A stretch of DNA of 64,000 nt from Myxococcota bacterium (lineage in GTDB: Bacteria > Myxococcota > XYA12-FULL-58-9 > JALHOP01). The notes under the pieces are model-generated. The model saw only the letters and a list, made by a program, of their open reading frames with translations, did no database searches and was not told the origin of the DNA. The stretch covers positions 77,592 to 141,591 of the forward strand of contig JALHOP010000007.1 of NCBI GenBank assembly GCA_022842935.1. The letters run 5' to 3'. The position numbers were made by a program, and so were the translations under genes. Positions 46,835 to 57,299 of the stretch are shown here, piece after piece; the first letter of the stretch is position 1, and each line of letters starts with the position of its first letter.

Positions 46835-47173
46835 TCACGTGTCCCGCAGAATAGTCTCCGCTTGAGGATTGAAAATGTATTGTCCCTTTAGGGCACCAAC
46901 CCTCAGGTCTATCTGGTAGGCGCTCAACAGTTTTTCGCCACCATTGATGGCGTCGTGCAGTGACTGGAACGCGCGCGTCTCATCCAGTTCGTAGGTCTCG
47001 GACGCCATCTTCGTCTCAACAATGACATGCGCATGCATGAGGTATTCGTTACCAAGTTTCTGGAACGCAACGCTTATCCATTTTAGGCCGACTTCTGTAT
47101 TCAGCTGAATCGAGGCACCGACCTGTTTGCCGCGCTCGAGGCTCCGTACCGCTTCGGTCTGCATGTGAATCAT
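46835..47173 (-). CDS. hypothetical protein
   Basis: ORF only. No motif. Confidence 0.4.
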   Translation of the reverse strand: MIHMQTEAVRSLERGKQVGASIQLNTEVGLKWISVAFQKLGNEYLMHAHVIVETKMASETYELDETRAFQSLHDAINGGEKLLSAYQIDLRVGALKGQYIFNPQAETILRDT

Positions 47174-47330
47174 CTCGGCATCCTCATGAGCACCTGGAGC
47201 GCGAGAGCTTTGCGTCGCGCATGTGTCGCGATGTTTCGGCCACGCTCAACGGCCTTACTGAACACGCGGTGGTTCGTACCGGCCCAGCATCACCATGTCG
47301 ATCAGCGAGCATGAAGATGCCCAACGGGAG

Positions 47331-47771
47331 CTAGCCGTCTCCGAACATTCCCTGGAAGGCGGCAACCATCTCCGCCTCGGGAACATCCCGGATACGCGTC
47401 GCGATGATCCAGTGGTGACCGAAGGGGTCGCGTACCCGTCCCGCGCGGTCGCCGTAGAACTGGTCGGCGAGCGCGTAGATCTGCGTTGCACCCGCGTCGA
47501 GCGCACGTGCGAAGGTCGCGTCGGCATCGGCCACGTGCAGGTCGAGGACCACCGAGGTCCCTCCGAGTGTTGCCGGGCTCATCGAACCGGTCGTTGGCAT
47601 CTCGTCTGCCAGCATCAGTCGGGTACCCTCGATCGCGATCTCGGCGTTCATGCAAACCCCGTCAGGCGCCACCAAGCGCGCACGAACCTCTTTCGCGCCG
47701 AACACGCGCTCGTACCAGGCGATCGCGTCGGCGGTAATCTTGAACTGCAAATAGGGTGTGATCCCGTGCAT
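47331..47771 (-). CDS. VOC (glyoxalase / bleomycin-resistance) family protein
   Basis: Paired beta-alpha-beta-beta-beta modules with conserved His/Glu positions (HGITPYLQF...GHHWIIA). Confidence 0.65.
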   Translation of the reverse strand: MHGITPYLQFKITADAIAWYERVFGAKEVRARLVAPDGVCMNAEIAIEGTRLMLADEMPTTGSMSPATLGGTSVVLDLHVADADATFARALDAGATQIYALADQFYGDRAGRVRDPFGHHWIIATRIRDVPEAEMVAAFQGMFGDG

Positions 47772-47910
47772 CGCGTCTGCCCCTTCTCGTTAAACGGTCG
47801 ACCTCGGGCGCGGTTTCAAAAACGCGCGCGTCGATCGCTTCGCATCGAAACAATACCGGACTGTTCTCGGTATTCACGCTTGTTCGAGCCAACTTCCGCA
47901 ACGGCGTACG

Positions 47911-48390
47911 TCATTCTCTCTGCTTTCCACGATAGGCTGACTCGAGCGTGGCGATGTTGATCTTCTTCATCTGCATCATGGCGGACTGCGCTCGCCCCGC
48001 TGCTTCACGGTCTGGCCCGCCAAGCAAACGGGGCAAGGCCTCGGGGACTATTTGCCACGACACGCCCCAACGATCGGTCAGCCAACCGCAATTGCTCTCT
48101 GCTCCACCGTTGGCGATCAGTGCGGACCACAGGTCGTCGGTTTCGGCCTGGTCTTTGGTCAAGACGCTGATCGATGCAGCCGGCGAGAGTCTGTAGTGCG
48201 GGCCTGCGGTCAAGATCATCATCGGGGTCCCGTGCAGTATGAACTCGACGACCATGGGGTCGTCGGGTTTGCCGTGGGCGTAGACGGCGTCGATTGCGCT
48301 CCACGGCAAGAGCGATACGTAGAACTCTGCGGCTTGCAAACCACCTTTCTCAAACCACAGACAGGTTCGCACCTTGGACCGGTAGGCCAT
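47911..48390 (-). CDS. PhnB/YjdN-like VOC-superfamily protein (the domain annotated as 3-demethylubiquinone-9 3-methyltransferase-like)
   Basis: CLWFEKGGLQAAEFY...CGWLTDRWGVSWQI is characteristic of this domain. Start taken at MAYRSK. The ORF-track frame begins 17 codons further upstream (48441). Confidence 0.6.
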   Translation of the reverse strand: MAYRSKVRTCLWFEKGGLQAAEFYVSLLPWSAIDAVYAHGKPDDPMVVEFILHGTPMMILTAGPHYRLSPAASISVLTKDQAETDDLWSALIANGGAESNCGWLTDRWGVSWQIVPEALPRLLGGPDREAAGRAQSAMMQMKKINIATLESAYRGKQRE

Positions 48391-48447
48391 CGGAAGCACT
48401 CCTTCGTGCGGTTCGTTCTGCGCAATGGACTTCATTCTCATCCCCTT

Positions 48448-49068
48448 TCAGCGCCTTGCGATTCTCTTCGGGCGGCTCCTGAACAACAGCTCGACGTAGC
48501 GGCGTAGGTGATCGATGCTCTCGATCGCCACGCTTACGTCGTTTTTGGCCTTCGCGAGGACAAACGCGCCTTGCAAGACGGCTTGCATGTGGGTCGCCAG
48601 GCCCTCGGCGCTCCAGTCGGCACTGACGTCGTGCTGCTTCATGGCCTGCGCGATGTCGTCCTCGAGCGTTCCTGCGTGTCCGAAGATGCTTGCGGCGCAG
48701 GCGTCCCGAATGTCGGGATGCTGCGCGTAGGTCTCTTGAACCATGGTGCCCACCACACAGGTGAACTCTGGTATGGCGCCTCGGAGTAGCGCGCGACGGA
48801 ACGCGATGTAGGCGAGCACGCGGTCGAGCGGGGCCTTCGGGGTGTGGTAGGGCGCGCGCTCGAAGATTGCGCTTGTGACCGCCGACCAATGCTCGGCGGC
48901 GGCGACACCGAGCTCGTTTTTACTCTTGAAGTAGTGAAAAAAAGCTCCCTTCGTTACGCTGGCGCGCGCGCAGAGGTCATCGACCGTCATCGCCGAGAAG
49001 CCCCTCTCGCGAATCAACGCTAGTGCCGCGTCGAGCAACTTCACTCTTGCGGCCTTCGGCTTCGCCAT
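48448..49068 (-). CDS. TetR-family transcriptional regulator
   Basis: TetR HTH (LLDAALALIRERGFSAMTVDDLCARASVTKGAFFHYFKSKNEL). Divergent from the 1466-aa gene. Start taken at MAKPK; the ORF-track frame begins 5 codons upstream (49083). Confidence 0.75.
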   Translation of the reverse strand: MAKPKAARVKLLDAALALIRERGFSAMTVDDLCARASVTKGAFFHYFKSKNELGVAAAEHWSAVTSAIFERAPYHTPKAPLDRVLAYIAFRRALLRGAIPEFTCVVGTMVQETYAQHPDIRDACAASIFGHAGTLEDDIAQAMKQHDVSADWSAEGLATHMQAVLQGAFVLAKAKNDVSVAIESIDHLRRYVELLFRSRPKRIARR

Positions 49069-49212
49069 GGAGAAACATACCAACTGGTTGGTATGTAAAT
49101 CAAGTGAACTGATGCGACTCCAGGCGGGCGCCGTGCTTTGGAGGCACGTCGCGAGTTTTGCGCCTGCGCTGCGGCAGGTCGTGTGAAGCGCAACCTCCGG
49201 CGCGAAACGTGA

Positions 49213-52200
49213 TTGACTGGGAGCATGCTCACGAGTTCCTCACTGGCTCTCGAAGTCGAAGCCTCGCTCCGTCGTGCGATCGATGACGGCCTGGTCGGTG
49301 CCGACCTGCGAAAGATCGTCATCGGCCCGAGCGACGACCGCCATCGCATCGACATCTGGGCCGTCGCGGGCTGGAGCGACTACGACGACCGCCCGCCGGC
49401 CGCCCCCTTGGCAAGTGTCGACAACCGAGCGGCGCTCGAGGTTATCGACGCGCTCGAAGCCAAGGCCAAGAAGACGTCCGGGACCAAAGCCAAAGTCCTG
49501 TTCGATCGCTACGAGAGCGCATTGCGGCCGTCGCGCCTTGCGCATCCAGACCCGCGTGTCGACGCCGCCATCGTCGCCCATGAAGAACGCCTGGAGGCGA
49601 CGATCGTTGCCGCCCTGCGTGAAGTCGCGACGGGGGGGCGTCTGCCGCAGTTGACCGCCAAAGTCGTTGGGCTGTTTTCGTTCAACGTCGGCAAGCGCTC
49701 GTCGATGCGGCTCGAGGCCTTCTATCATCCGCACGGGGCCGGACGCTTGCTGTCGGTCATGGAGAAGATCCCACCGACCACTCTGGTTTACCCGTGGGCG
49801 TCACTACACGACGACGGCATCACGTTGTTCTTCAAGGGCGACGACGACACCGCGTCAGAAGTCAAAGAGCGGCTGTTCGCCAACATGTCCTTCTACGCCT
49901 TCGATGACGGCGAGGCGCACGTACGCATGAAGACGGAGGCCATGACCTACGCGTACCAGCACGGTCACGAGAATCAGTCGCTGAGCAACGACGAGGTCGA
50001 TGCGTTGCTTGCCGTGCATTTGAAGAAGCGGCCTGAGCTCGCGCTCGATCTGGAAGGGTTTCCGGCGCCGAACGACAAGAAGGCAGTCGACCGCTTCGTC
50101 GCGCTCTACCGCGAAAGCGGATTCGAGCACGAGACACGCAAAGTGGTCGCCTCGATCGTGAAGAGACATGGGCCACTCGCGCCCGCGGTTCTACTCGATG
50201 AGCTGCCACAGTCTCACCCCGGGCGTACGCAGGGCTACGGCGTCTGGTCAGAATTGCTCGCGAAAGCGGAGCGATACGAGGAGGCGCTGGCTGCGGCTCG
50301 ACAGATCGACGCGAGCTGGCGCTACTACTACTGGGAAGCCGAGCTCGAGAGCCTCGTTGAGCTCGGCCGTTTCGATGAGCTCGAACGATTCTGCGCGGAA
50401 CGCGCCAAAGATCAAGGGCGCGGGCATAGCGGTCCGCCGCTCGAGCGGACGGCGCCGTACAGGGCGTTGGCCTTGGTGAAGCAAGGACGAAGCGGCGAGG
50501 CCATGGCGCTTCTCGAGCGACACAAAGACGACCGGGGCGAACACGAGCACGCCTGGGCGAAGGCTGCCGCGCTCGCCGCGACGAATCCTGCGGCCGCAGA
50601 GTCAGCGTTGCGAGCTGCGTTGGGTGCGGGGTCGTCATTCGTGCACCGCGCTACACGCGACTTCGCGGCGTACCCACGCCTCATGGCACTGCTCGAGGAG
50701 CGCGCGCGCCACGAACGCGCTCGTGAGCAGAGCGCCGTCGCGGCTGAGAGGCGCGTTCGGCGCGTGATCGCGAAAACCTTGCCGAAGCCGCGCGCCGCGC
50801 AAGGCTCCTGGCACGTCGCGGGGCGGCAGGCGAAGCGACCTACCAAGAGAAAGTCCAAGAGTACACTGCGGGGCCCGAGCATGCAGGCGCTGCAGCGCGT
50901 GCTCTTGACCGACGATCACGTCGACTCCTGGCATCACGCCAAAGGCTTCTCGGTTGCCATGACCTCGAGCGGCCTGTGCGTTGTCGATACGTCACGGCCC
51001 AAGCGGCCAGTCCTGCTCGCGAGTTTTGCCGCGTCGACCGAGCGCCACACTGCGGCGCTGCTCGACGGCCACGAGCTCATCGTCGCTGCGACCGACCGCA
51101 TCGCGTGGTTCGACCTTGCGAAACCGAGCGCGCCGAAGCTCAGGAGCGTTCTTGCCGTTGGCATCGAGGACGATGACCGCGTCTACATCGACCGCCTCGA
51201 GCGTCGCGGAGACCTCGTGTTTGCGTTTCGCTCTGGTCTCATCATCGTTCGGTCCCCGCGCGGCGGGCGACCGTCCGTGGTCGGTCGACTTCCTATCAAC
51301 CCAGTCCAGCTCGCTTTGTCTGGAACGCGTCTCATGGTCGCCGACGGCGCCAAGGACCTGCTCTGGGAGGTGAAGGTGCCCAAGGCAGGCGCTGCGCAGG
51401 TGGTTGGTGTGCACCCGGTGAAGACGAGCAAAGGCGATAAAGTCGTTCTCGATGACGCGACCGCATTTGCGTGGCAGGGTAAGCGGCTCGTGCTCACGCG
51501 CCCGGGCGGTACCGTTCTTTGCCGCCACGTCGCGCCGAAAGCGCGTCCGGACGGTCTCGATGCACGCGGCAAGAAGCTGGTTCGACCCATCGTCGAGCTC
51601 GTGGCGCGCGCCCTGGCGGAACTTCGCCAGAGCAAGCCAGACTTTCTCGCCGGCGTTCTGAAGCTCGGGTGGGGCGGGGGACCGAGCCTTACGCTGACGG
51701 TCGACGCTCCTAGAGGGTTCGTGGGTCTCGAGAGTGGCTATGCGCTCGAAGAGCCACTCGCTGTGGAGCTCGCTTTCGCGGATGTCATCGCTGACGTGCA
51801 GCTCGAGGGGCTACTTTCGTGGGGACCGCAGGTCGACGCGCTGCGACGCAAGGCCGATGAGGACCAAGACAGGCTGCGCGCCATGAACACTCGCCGTCAC
51901 GAGGTTTGGCACGCCACCTTGCGCGACGTGGCGCGCGCGTTGACACGCCGATCCGAGGTCGAGGCAGTCGCTAGCGGCCGCGTCTACTTGCTCATCGAGG
52001 CAGCTGGCCTCGAGCTTGCGAGCATCATGCACACGCGTAAGCCATGGGTTCCGCATCGCCCACTGCCCACCGGCGAGGTTCCCATCGAAAAGCTCATTGA
52101 GGACTATCAGCAGACCTCGACCATCTATCGACGCGCGCGCAAGGATGCAGCGGTACGCACCGAGGTGTTCCGCTTGAGCGCACAGGGTCGTTGGATGGCA

Positions 52201-53613
52201 ATCAAGATCGCGCTCGCTCTCGCGGATATCGACATCGAAGGTGTCATGGGGTGCCTGTCGCAAGCGGTTGCGACGACCGACGCCGAGGGGTTTGCCACGA
52301 TTCCCGTGATGAAGTTCCTCGCCAGTCATCGCGAGCGCCCGGACGCGCGGCGCATTCTCGAAACGGTGCTGGCCGAGGGTCGCGAGCATTGGGTTGTTCA
52401 CGCCGCCGCCGCGTTGCAGCGCAATGACGTCCTTACGCGCGAGGCGACCCGTATGCTGGACGCCCTGTTCGAGGACGGCTCGCAGCTCTGGGGATCTCAG
52501 CTCGAGACGTTTGATGCGTGCTTCGAGGCCCTGCGGGATGGGCTCGAGCCGCTCCGGCCTCGCCTGGTAGCGGCGATGGCGAATCTCAAACCGAGCCACG
52601 ACGACGCTCTGGCCGCGTTAGCCATGGCTCTCTATCGGAGCGGCCATGCGCAGGCTCCCGAGCTCGTGCGCGAGAAGGCACAGGTGGCCAAGCAAGACGA
52701 GGAGTACCACGGCGCGTCCGGTATCGCGGAGCTCGACGAGGAGTCGAATTTCGCGCCTGAGAAGATCGCAACAGCCGAGCGTGAGTGGACTAGCGACGCT
52801 CTCGTCACGCGCGTCGCAACCCTCGCCAAGAGCAACGCGCTCGACGAAAGCGTTTGGCCGTCCGATCTACCTCCTGAGCCGTATCCCGCGAGCTGGCGCT
52901 ATTTTTTCGCGCTTGCTTGGCCCAAGATCGAACGTGCTGGCCAGGTGGATTGGCTGGTGGCGACACTCGCCCGCCACACGGATCTCGAGCCCAAGTGGCG
53001 CAATGACAAGAAGCTGCTCCTCGCGGTCTACGACGAGCTAGCGCGGCGCAACGATGCTGTGCGAGCCGCCGCGCTTGCCAAGGCAGTCATGGATTCGCCG
53101 ACGGGGGCATTCGACGGGGTCGCGACACGGAGCGACGCGAGCATCCGCGCCAGCATGGAGAAGCTTCATGGCCAGGCCTCCGCCGTGCAAGGCTTTGCCT
53201 TGGCGCGGGCCGGTAAGCTCGACGAGGCGCGGGCGCTGTGCGACGCGCTGCTTGCGACCGCTCCAGCGGACGGCCAAGCATTGTTCCTCGACGCGCGGCT
53301 CGCGTGGCTCGCCAGTACTCCAGAAGCGGGCATCGAGCGCGCCAAGCAGAACCTCGACAGAACAAGCGACGCCCCGGGGCGTGGGCGCCTGTTCAACCTC
53401 ATGGGCTGCGCCTTCGATGAGCTCAAACGGTGGCCGGAGGCCATCGAAGCCTTCAAGCAAGCCCACAGTATCCATACGGATGCCGAATACCTGGCCAATA
53501 TCGCCGAGTGCTATCAGAAGCTCGGTGACGTCGAGAGCGCGCGCAGCCACGCCGTGGCGGCGAAGCGAGCGGGCTCGAAGGCGCCCATTGTCGCCACGAT
53601 CCTCGCCGAGTAA
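49213..53613 (+). CDS. very large cytoplasmic protein (1466 aa) with LVIVD-like beta-propeller repeats and C-terminal TPRs
   Basis: No signal peptide. Central segments fit the LVIVD repeat pattern (LCVVDTSRPKRPVLLASF, IAWFDLAKPSAPKL, LIIVRSPRGGRPSVV). C-terminal TPRs (GRLFNLMGCAFDELKRWPEAIEAFKQA...). Confidence 0.55.
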   Translation: MTGSMLTSSSLALEVEASLRRAIDDGLVGADLRKIVIGPSDDRHRIDIWAVAGWSDYDDRPPAAPLASVDNRAALEVIDALEAKAKKTSGTKAKVLFDRYESALRPSRLAHPDPRVDAAIVAHEERLEATIVAALREVATGGRLPQLTAKVVGLFSFNVGKRSSMRLEAFYHPHGAGRLLSVMEKIPPTTLVYPWASLHDDGITLFFKGDDDTASEVKERLFANMSFYAFDDGEAHVRMKTEAMTYAYQHGHENQSLSNDEVDALLAVHLKKRPELALDLEGFPAPNDKKAVDRFVALYRESGFEHETRKVVASIVKRHGPLAPAVLLDELPQSHPGRTQGYGVWSELLAKAERYEEALAAARQIDASWRYYYWEAELESLVELGRFDELERFCAERAKDQGRGHSGPPLERTAPYRALALVKQGRSGEAMALLERHKDDRGEHEHAWAKAAALAATNPAAAESALRAALGAGSSFVHRATRDFAAYPRLMALLEERARHERAREQSAVAAERRVRRVIAKTLPKPRAAQGSWHVAGRQAKRPTKRKSKSTLRGPSMQALQRVLLTDDHVDSWHHAKGFSVAMTSSGLCVVDTSRPKRPVLLASFAASTERHTAALLDGHELIVAATDRIAWFDLAKPSAPKLRSVLAVGIEDDDRVYIDRLERRGDLVFAFRSGLIIVRSPRGGRPSVVGRLPINPVQLALSGTRLMVADGAKDLLWEVKVPKAGAAQVVGVHPVKTSKGDKVVLDDATAFAWQGKRLVLTRPGGTVLCRHVAPKARPDGLDARGKKLVRPIVELVARALAELRQSKPDFLAGVLKLGWGGGPSLTLTVDAPRGFVGLESGYALEEPLAVELAFADVIADVQLEGLLSWGPQVDALRRKADEDQDRLRAMNTRRHEVWHATLRDVARALTRRSEVEAVASGRVYLLIEAAGLELASIMHTRKPWVPHRPLPTGEVPIEKLIEDYQQTSTIYRRARKDAAVRTEVFRLSAQGRWMAIKIALALADIDIEGVMGCLSQAVATTDAEGFATIPVMKFLASHRERPDARRILETVLAEGREHWVVHAAAALQRNDVLTREATRMLDALFEDGSQLWGSQLETFDACFEALRDGLEPLRPRLVAAMANLKPSHDDALAALAMALYRSGHAQAPELVREKAQVAKQDEEYHGASGIAELDEESNFAPEKIATAEREWTSDALVTRVATLAKSNALDESVWPSDLPPEPYPASWRYFFALAWPKIERAGQVDWLVATLARHTDLEPKWRNDKKLLLAVYDELARRNDAVRAAALAKAVMDSPTGAFDGVATRSDASIRASMEKLHGQASAVQGFALARAGKLDEARALCDALLATAPADGQALFLDARLAWLASTPEAGIERAKQNLDRTSDAPGRGRLFNLMGCAFDELKRWPEAIEAFKQAHSIHTDAEYLANIAECYQKLGDVESARSHAVAAKRAGSKAPIVATILAE

Positions 53614-53642
53614 GGCGCGGTTGCAGCGCGCGCTCGTCGCCG

Positions 53643-54452
53643 TTAGCAGTCGTCGAAGATGTACCCGCTCGCACCTTCGGGCACGAGGTCGCGGTCGCGC
53701 AACACGATCGACAGGTCGGGGTAGGCTTGGCAGCCGCGCGTGAAATCCTGACGACGGTATTCGATGACGAGCACGCCAAATCCGTATGCGTCGGTGTACG
53801 CGTCACACTCGTCATAGCGGTTGCACTCCTCGGCGACCACGAAATCGGTTGCCATCTCGTCGCGGCGGCCGACAAGCTCGCTTGCGTTCTTTTGCGCGAT
53901 GGCGAGATCGCGGGCGTGTGCTGCGTCCGCGAAAGCGCGCAGGGTGGCGACCGCGTCGTCTTCGTTCAAGAGCCCCTGCGAGCGCGTGTAGGTATCGAGG
54001 TTGTCGATCTCGATGGCGTCGAAGCCAGCATCAGCGCAGCCGGCGATCCATGTGCCCACGACGGTCGCGAGCTCGGCTCGACGCGTGCTCCCCCGGGTGT
54101 CGAGGATGGCTTCGTTCCAGTCGTCGTCGATGACCAAGTCGCCTTGGGCGTCGCGCAACAAGAGGCCCGGGTGCTCGCTCTCCCAAAAAGCTTGCTCACC
54201 GGGCTGCACCTGAAAGCCGTTCACGTAGCAGATGTTGTAGGCACCAGCCGCTGGCGTGTCGCTACGGTCGCGCGCGACGATGCCGACCCCGGCGGGCAGC
54301 GGGTAACCGCCCCCGAGCTGATAGTCGAGCCCGGTGTCGACCGGCGGGCGGCCCCAGGGACCAACCTGCGCAGCGTCGTCGATGACCTTGGGGTCGCCTG
54401 TATTGCCCGAACAAGCGCTTAACGCGACCGCGGCGAGGAAAATCCAGCGCAT
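53643..54452 (-). CDS. glycoside hydrolase family 114-like lipoprotein (endo-alpha-1,4-polygalactosaminidase / PelA-Ega3-like)
   Basis: Lipobox (AVALSAC). GH114-type motifs (AYNICYVNGFQ, FDAIEIDNLD, YGFGVLVIEY). Start at the internal MRWIF. The ORF-track frame begins 62 codons further upstream (54638). Confidence 0.6.
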   Translation of the reverse strand: MRWIFLAAVALSACSGNTGDPKVIDDAAQVGPWGRPPVDTGLDYQLGGGYPLPAGVGIVARDRSDTPAAGAYNICYVNGFQVQPGEQAFWESEHPGLLLRDAQGDLVIDDDWNEAILDTRGSTRRAELATVVGTWIAGCADAGFDAIEIDNLDTYTRSQGLLNEDDAVATLRAFADAAHARDLAIAQKNASELVGRRDEMATDFVVAEECNRYDECDAYTDAYGFGVLVIEYRRQDFTRGCQAYPDLSIVLRDRDLVPEGASGYIFDDC

Positions 54453-55035
54453 AGGCAAATCCAACGAACGTGGACGTAGCCTACCCCGGCAAATTGCGCA
54501 ATGCGATGTCGGCGCGACGCACCACATCGAGGGCTGCGCGCGCGCTCTCCAAGGCGGGCGCGAGAAAGCGGCTTGGGGAGGCGGGATCGTCCCTGTGCGC
54601 GTTGACGGACGCTTGGACAGCGACGCGCTTGAGCTCATCCGCAGGCGCGCCTCTCAGGTGACCGAGATAGATGGCCCAAGCACCAGCTAGCGCATCGCGC
54701 TCGGCGGCGGCACTTGGAGATGCATGAGAACGGCCATAGCGGCCGTGGCTATAGTGCGCTTCGCGGATCTGCTCTGCTGTCGTAGTCGGCGGGGTATTGG
54801 TCTCAGCCGTGAACAGGGGTGAACGCCTCCCTAGGGATGACACGTCATGCATTAGGAAGTCCTCACTGCTGGCTGAAGCTCGGCCGTTGTCGCCACGGCT
54901 AGGAATATCGGAGGCGACGTGTCGCCGGTGCCCGAAATAGGGCCAGACATGGCGTCATGACGCGCGTGTTCGCTCGCGTCGCGTCGCGGCACGACGACGA
55001 ACGTTCGGGGAGCTCGGCCTTGCGCACGCTCCCGC

Positions 55036-55776
55036 TTACCCAGCGTCGCTCGCGAGCTTCGTGAAGTCGTGCTTGGCAAGCCGGTCCGCCTCGATGAAGA
55101 CCATGAGCTTGTCGCCGTCGTGCCACTCCCACCAGAGGTCCCCATCGGAGCCGAGCGTGATGAGACTCTTCCACCCCTGGCCTGGTGTTGGATCGTAGCC
55201 GAGGGAACAGTGCGAGGGGTAGCCAAGTAGATAGTGCGGACTCACGTGCAGAGAATCACGCAGGCGACCGTAGTCCTCCATGCGATCGTAGTCTGTGCCG
55301 AGCGGCCAAGCGTCGACCTGATACTGGTCGAACGGCAGGTCGACGCCGCTGTGAAAGCGTACCGCTCGCGCTCCGCCAAAAGAGACGCTTTCGGGTGGGG
55401 CAACCGTGGTGAGCGCGTTGTCGGGCGCAAACACGAACGCCTTGACGTAGCCAGGGCTCCGCCAGAAAAACTTGCCGTCGTCCGAGTCGATGCCTACGAA
55501 CAGGCTCAAGAGCCCCTTGGTGGGAAGCGCCGCGCCAATCGCTGGGAGCTCGCCGCAGTCGATCTGAGCGATGAAACGGTAGGGGCCGTGTGGAGACTCC
55601 GGCCAGGGCATTCCTCGGGGCAGATCCGGCGAGCCGCCGAACCTGCTCCTACGGGTTTGAATCGCCGCGCCCGTGATCTCGATATCGATGCACGGCCGTG
55701 CGTGTGCTACGAGGTAGTCCGAATGCGCCGAGAACGGCGAGTCACGCAGGCATTGCGTGAGGCGCGCAAGGTCCAT
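55036..55776 (-). CDS. DUF1963 (YwqG-like) family protein
   Basis: SRFGGSPDLP...W...FIAQIDCGELP...GLLSLF pattern typical of DUF1963. Confidence 0.6.
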   Translation of the reverse strand: MDLARLTQCLRDSPFSAHSDYLVAHARPCIDIEITGAAIQTRRSRFGGSPDLPRGMPWPESPHGPYRFIAQIDCGELPAIGAALPTKGLLSLFVGIDSDDGKFFWRSPGYVKAFVFAPDNALTTVAPPESVSFGGARAVRFHSGVDLPFDQYQVDAWPLGTDYDRMEDYGRLRDSLHVSPHYLLGYPSHCSLGYDPTPGQGWKSLITLGSDGDLWWEWHDGDKLMVFIEADRLAKHDFTKLASDAG

Positions 55777-55852
55777 GTTGGCGACTCCTAGCGGGTCGCG
55801 ACTCCTCGCGCAATGCTAACGCCCGGTGCACGGTTCTCCGCGCACCGTGCGG

Positions 55853-57157
55853 CTACGCCGGTAGCGTCGCGTTGCTCGCGATGCGTGCGACCTCGGCCGT
55901 CAGGTCGCGGAACCTGCGCACCTTGTTCCCTCCGTTATCGCGGATGATTTTGTCGACCGTGTCGGTCGGCTGGTGGTAGTCCGAGTGCAAGTCACCGCCG
56001 CCCCGCGGGTTCGAGAGACCTTCGAAGGCGAAGACCGTGGGGATGCCCGCCTGCGTGAAGTTCCAGCCGTCCTGGCGTTGCTCGAACTGATCGATGTCGC
56101 GGTTCACCGTGGTGAACTTGTTTGCGCCCAACGCCTCGTTGGCCTTGAGGACGGCGTCACGCATGAAGCCAGAGCCGCTGCCACCGCCCAGAGACATGCG
56201 CTCGAGCTCCCAGCGGCCGCACATGTCGACGTTGTAGCAACCCTTGATCGCCGTCACCGGGATGCCTGGCAATGGATGCTTGATGAAGTAGCGTGAGCCG
56301 ACCAGACCCTTCTCTTCGGCCGCGGTCAGCAGCACGATGACCGAGCGGTTGAGCTTGCCCGCCTTCTGCAGCTCCTGGAGCTGGGGCAGCGCCGCCAAGA
56401 GGGTGCCCGAGCCCGACGCGTTGTCGTCGGCGCCGAAGTTGATGGTGTTGCCACGCGCACCGATGTGATCGAGGTGCGCCATCAAGACGATGTATTCGTT
56501 CGCCTGTGGACCCGTACCGCGAACGACGCCAATCACGTTCTGCACCGGGCTTGCGGCCATGCCAGCGCGTTTCAACGCGTCGACACTAAGGTTGCCGCTA
56601 AAGCCGCCGCTGCGCGGTAGGCGGTGGCCATGCTGCTTGCGGATAGCGTCGTGCTCGTCTTTGGTCGTGGTGTCGTCGAGATAGAAGCCGTACTGGAAGA
56701 GCTGCGGGCCGATCGTCGGCCGGCCGTGGATGTGAAGGTGCGGCACGATGTCGAAGCCGAAAAGATCGAACGTCTGGTAGAACGGATTGCCCGAGGGGTC
56801 GCCCGAGTTCACACCCTCGAGGCCATATTTCTTCATGAGGTTCGTCGCGTATTGCGACGCGGCGTTGTAGCCCTCGGAGGGGCTGCCGCGGCCGCGGAGC
56901 TCGGCGGAAGCAAGGTACGTGATGTGCGTCATCGGGTCGGCGTCAGGGTTGGCGACACCTGGTCGAATCGACGTGATTGCCGTGATGCCTCTGCTGCCGA
57001 CGCGCTCGAGGCTACTCGAGAGACGCGCGACACCCTGGCCACTACGGAGGACCGGACCCTTGACCTTCGCGGGCTGGGACAATTGCCCAGAAGACGCGGA
57101 CAAAAAGGGCTTCGTGCCCAGCGTGGCGCGCTGGGCCTTACGGATGTCGTTGGTCAT
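55853..57157 (-). CDS. M28-family zinc aminopeptidase
   Basis: HLDHIG, the NFGADDNASGSG metal-binding loop, and downstream ...EE... and ...H... ligand segments in M28 order. Confidence 0.7.
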   Translation of the reverse strand: MTNDIRKAQRATLGTKPFLSASSGQLSQPAKVKGPVLRSGQGVARLSSSLERVGSRGITAITSIRPGVANPDADPMTHITYLASAELRGRGSPSEGYNAASQYATNLMKKYGLEGVNSGDPSGNPFYQTFDLFGFDIVPHLHIHGRPTIGPQLFQYGFYLDDTTTKDEHDAIRKQHGHRLPRSGGFSGNLSVDALKRAGMAASPVQNVIGVVRGTGPQANEYIVLMAHLDHIGARGNTINFGADDNASGSGTLLAALPQLQELQKAGKLNRSVIVLLTAAEEKGLVGSRYFIKHPLPGIPVTAIKGCYNVDMCGRWELERMSLGGGSGSGFMRDAVLKANEALGANKFTTVNRDIDQFEQRQDGWNFTQAGIPTVFAFEGLSNPRGGGDLHSDYHQPTDTVDKIIRDNGGNKVRRFRDLTAEVARIASNATLPA

Positions 57158-57299
57158 GTTGCGGTTTCCGGAGAAGGGGAAGAACCAAGGTTATCTCGTG
57201 AGAGGGCGTGAAAGTTGCGGGGATTCGGAAGCGCGACCCTGGCTGGTTCACGGGTCGAAATCACGCAATGGTCACGCACACACGCGTCTTGCGCGTGCG

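Noticed and set aside
49862-50638. 258-aa minus-strand ORF inside the 1466-aa gene
   Set aside because: Antisense to the long ORF. Arg/Ala/Pro-rich translation typical of GC artefacts.
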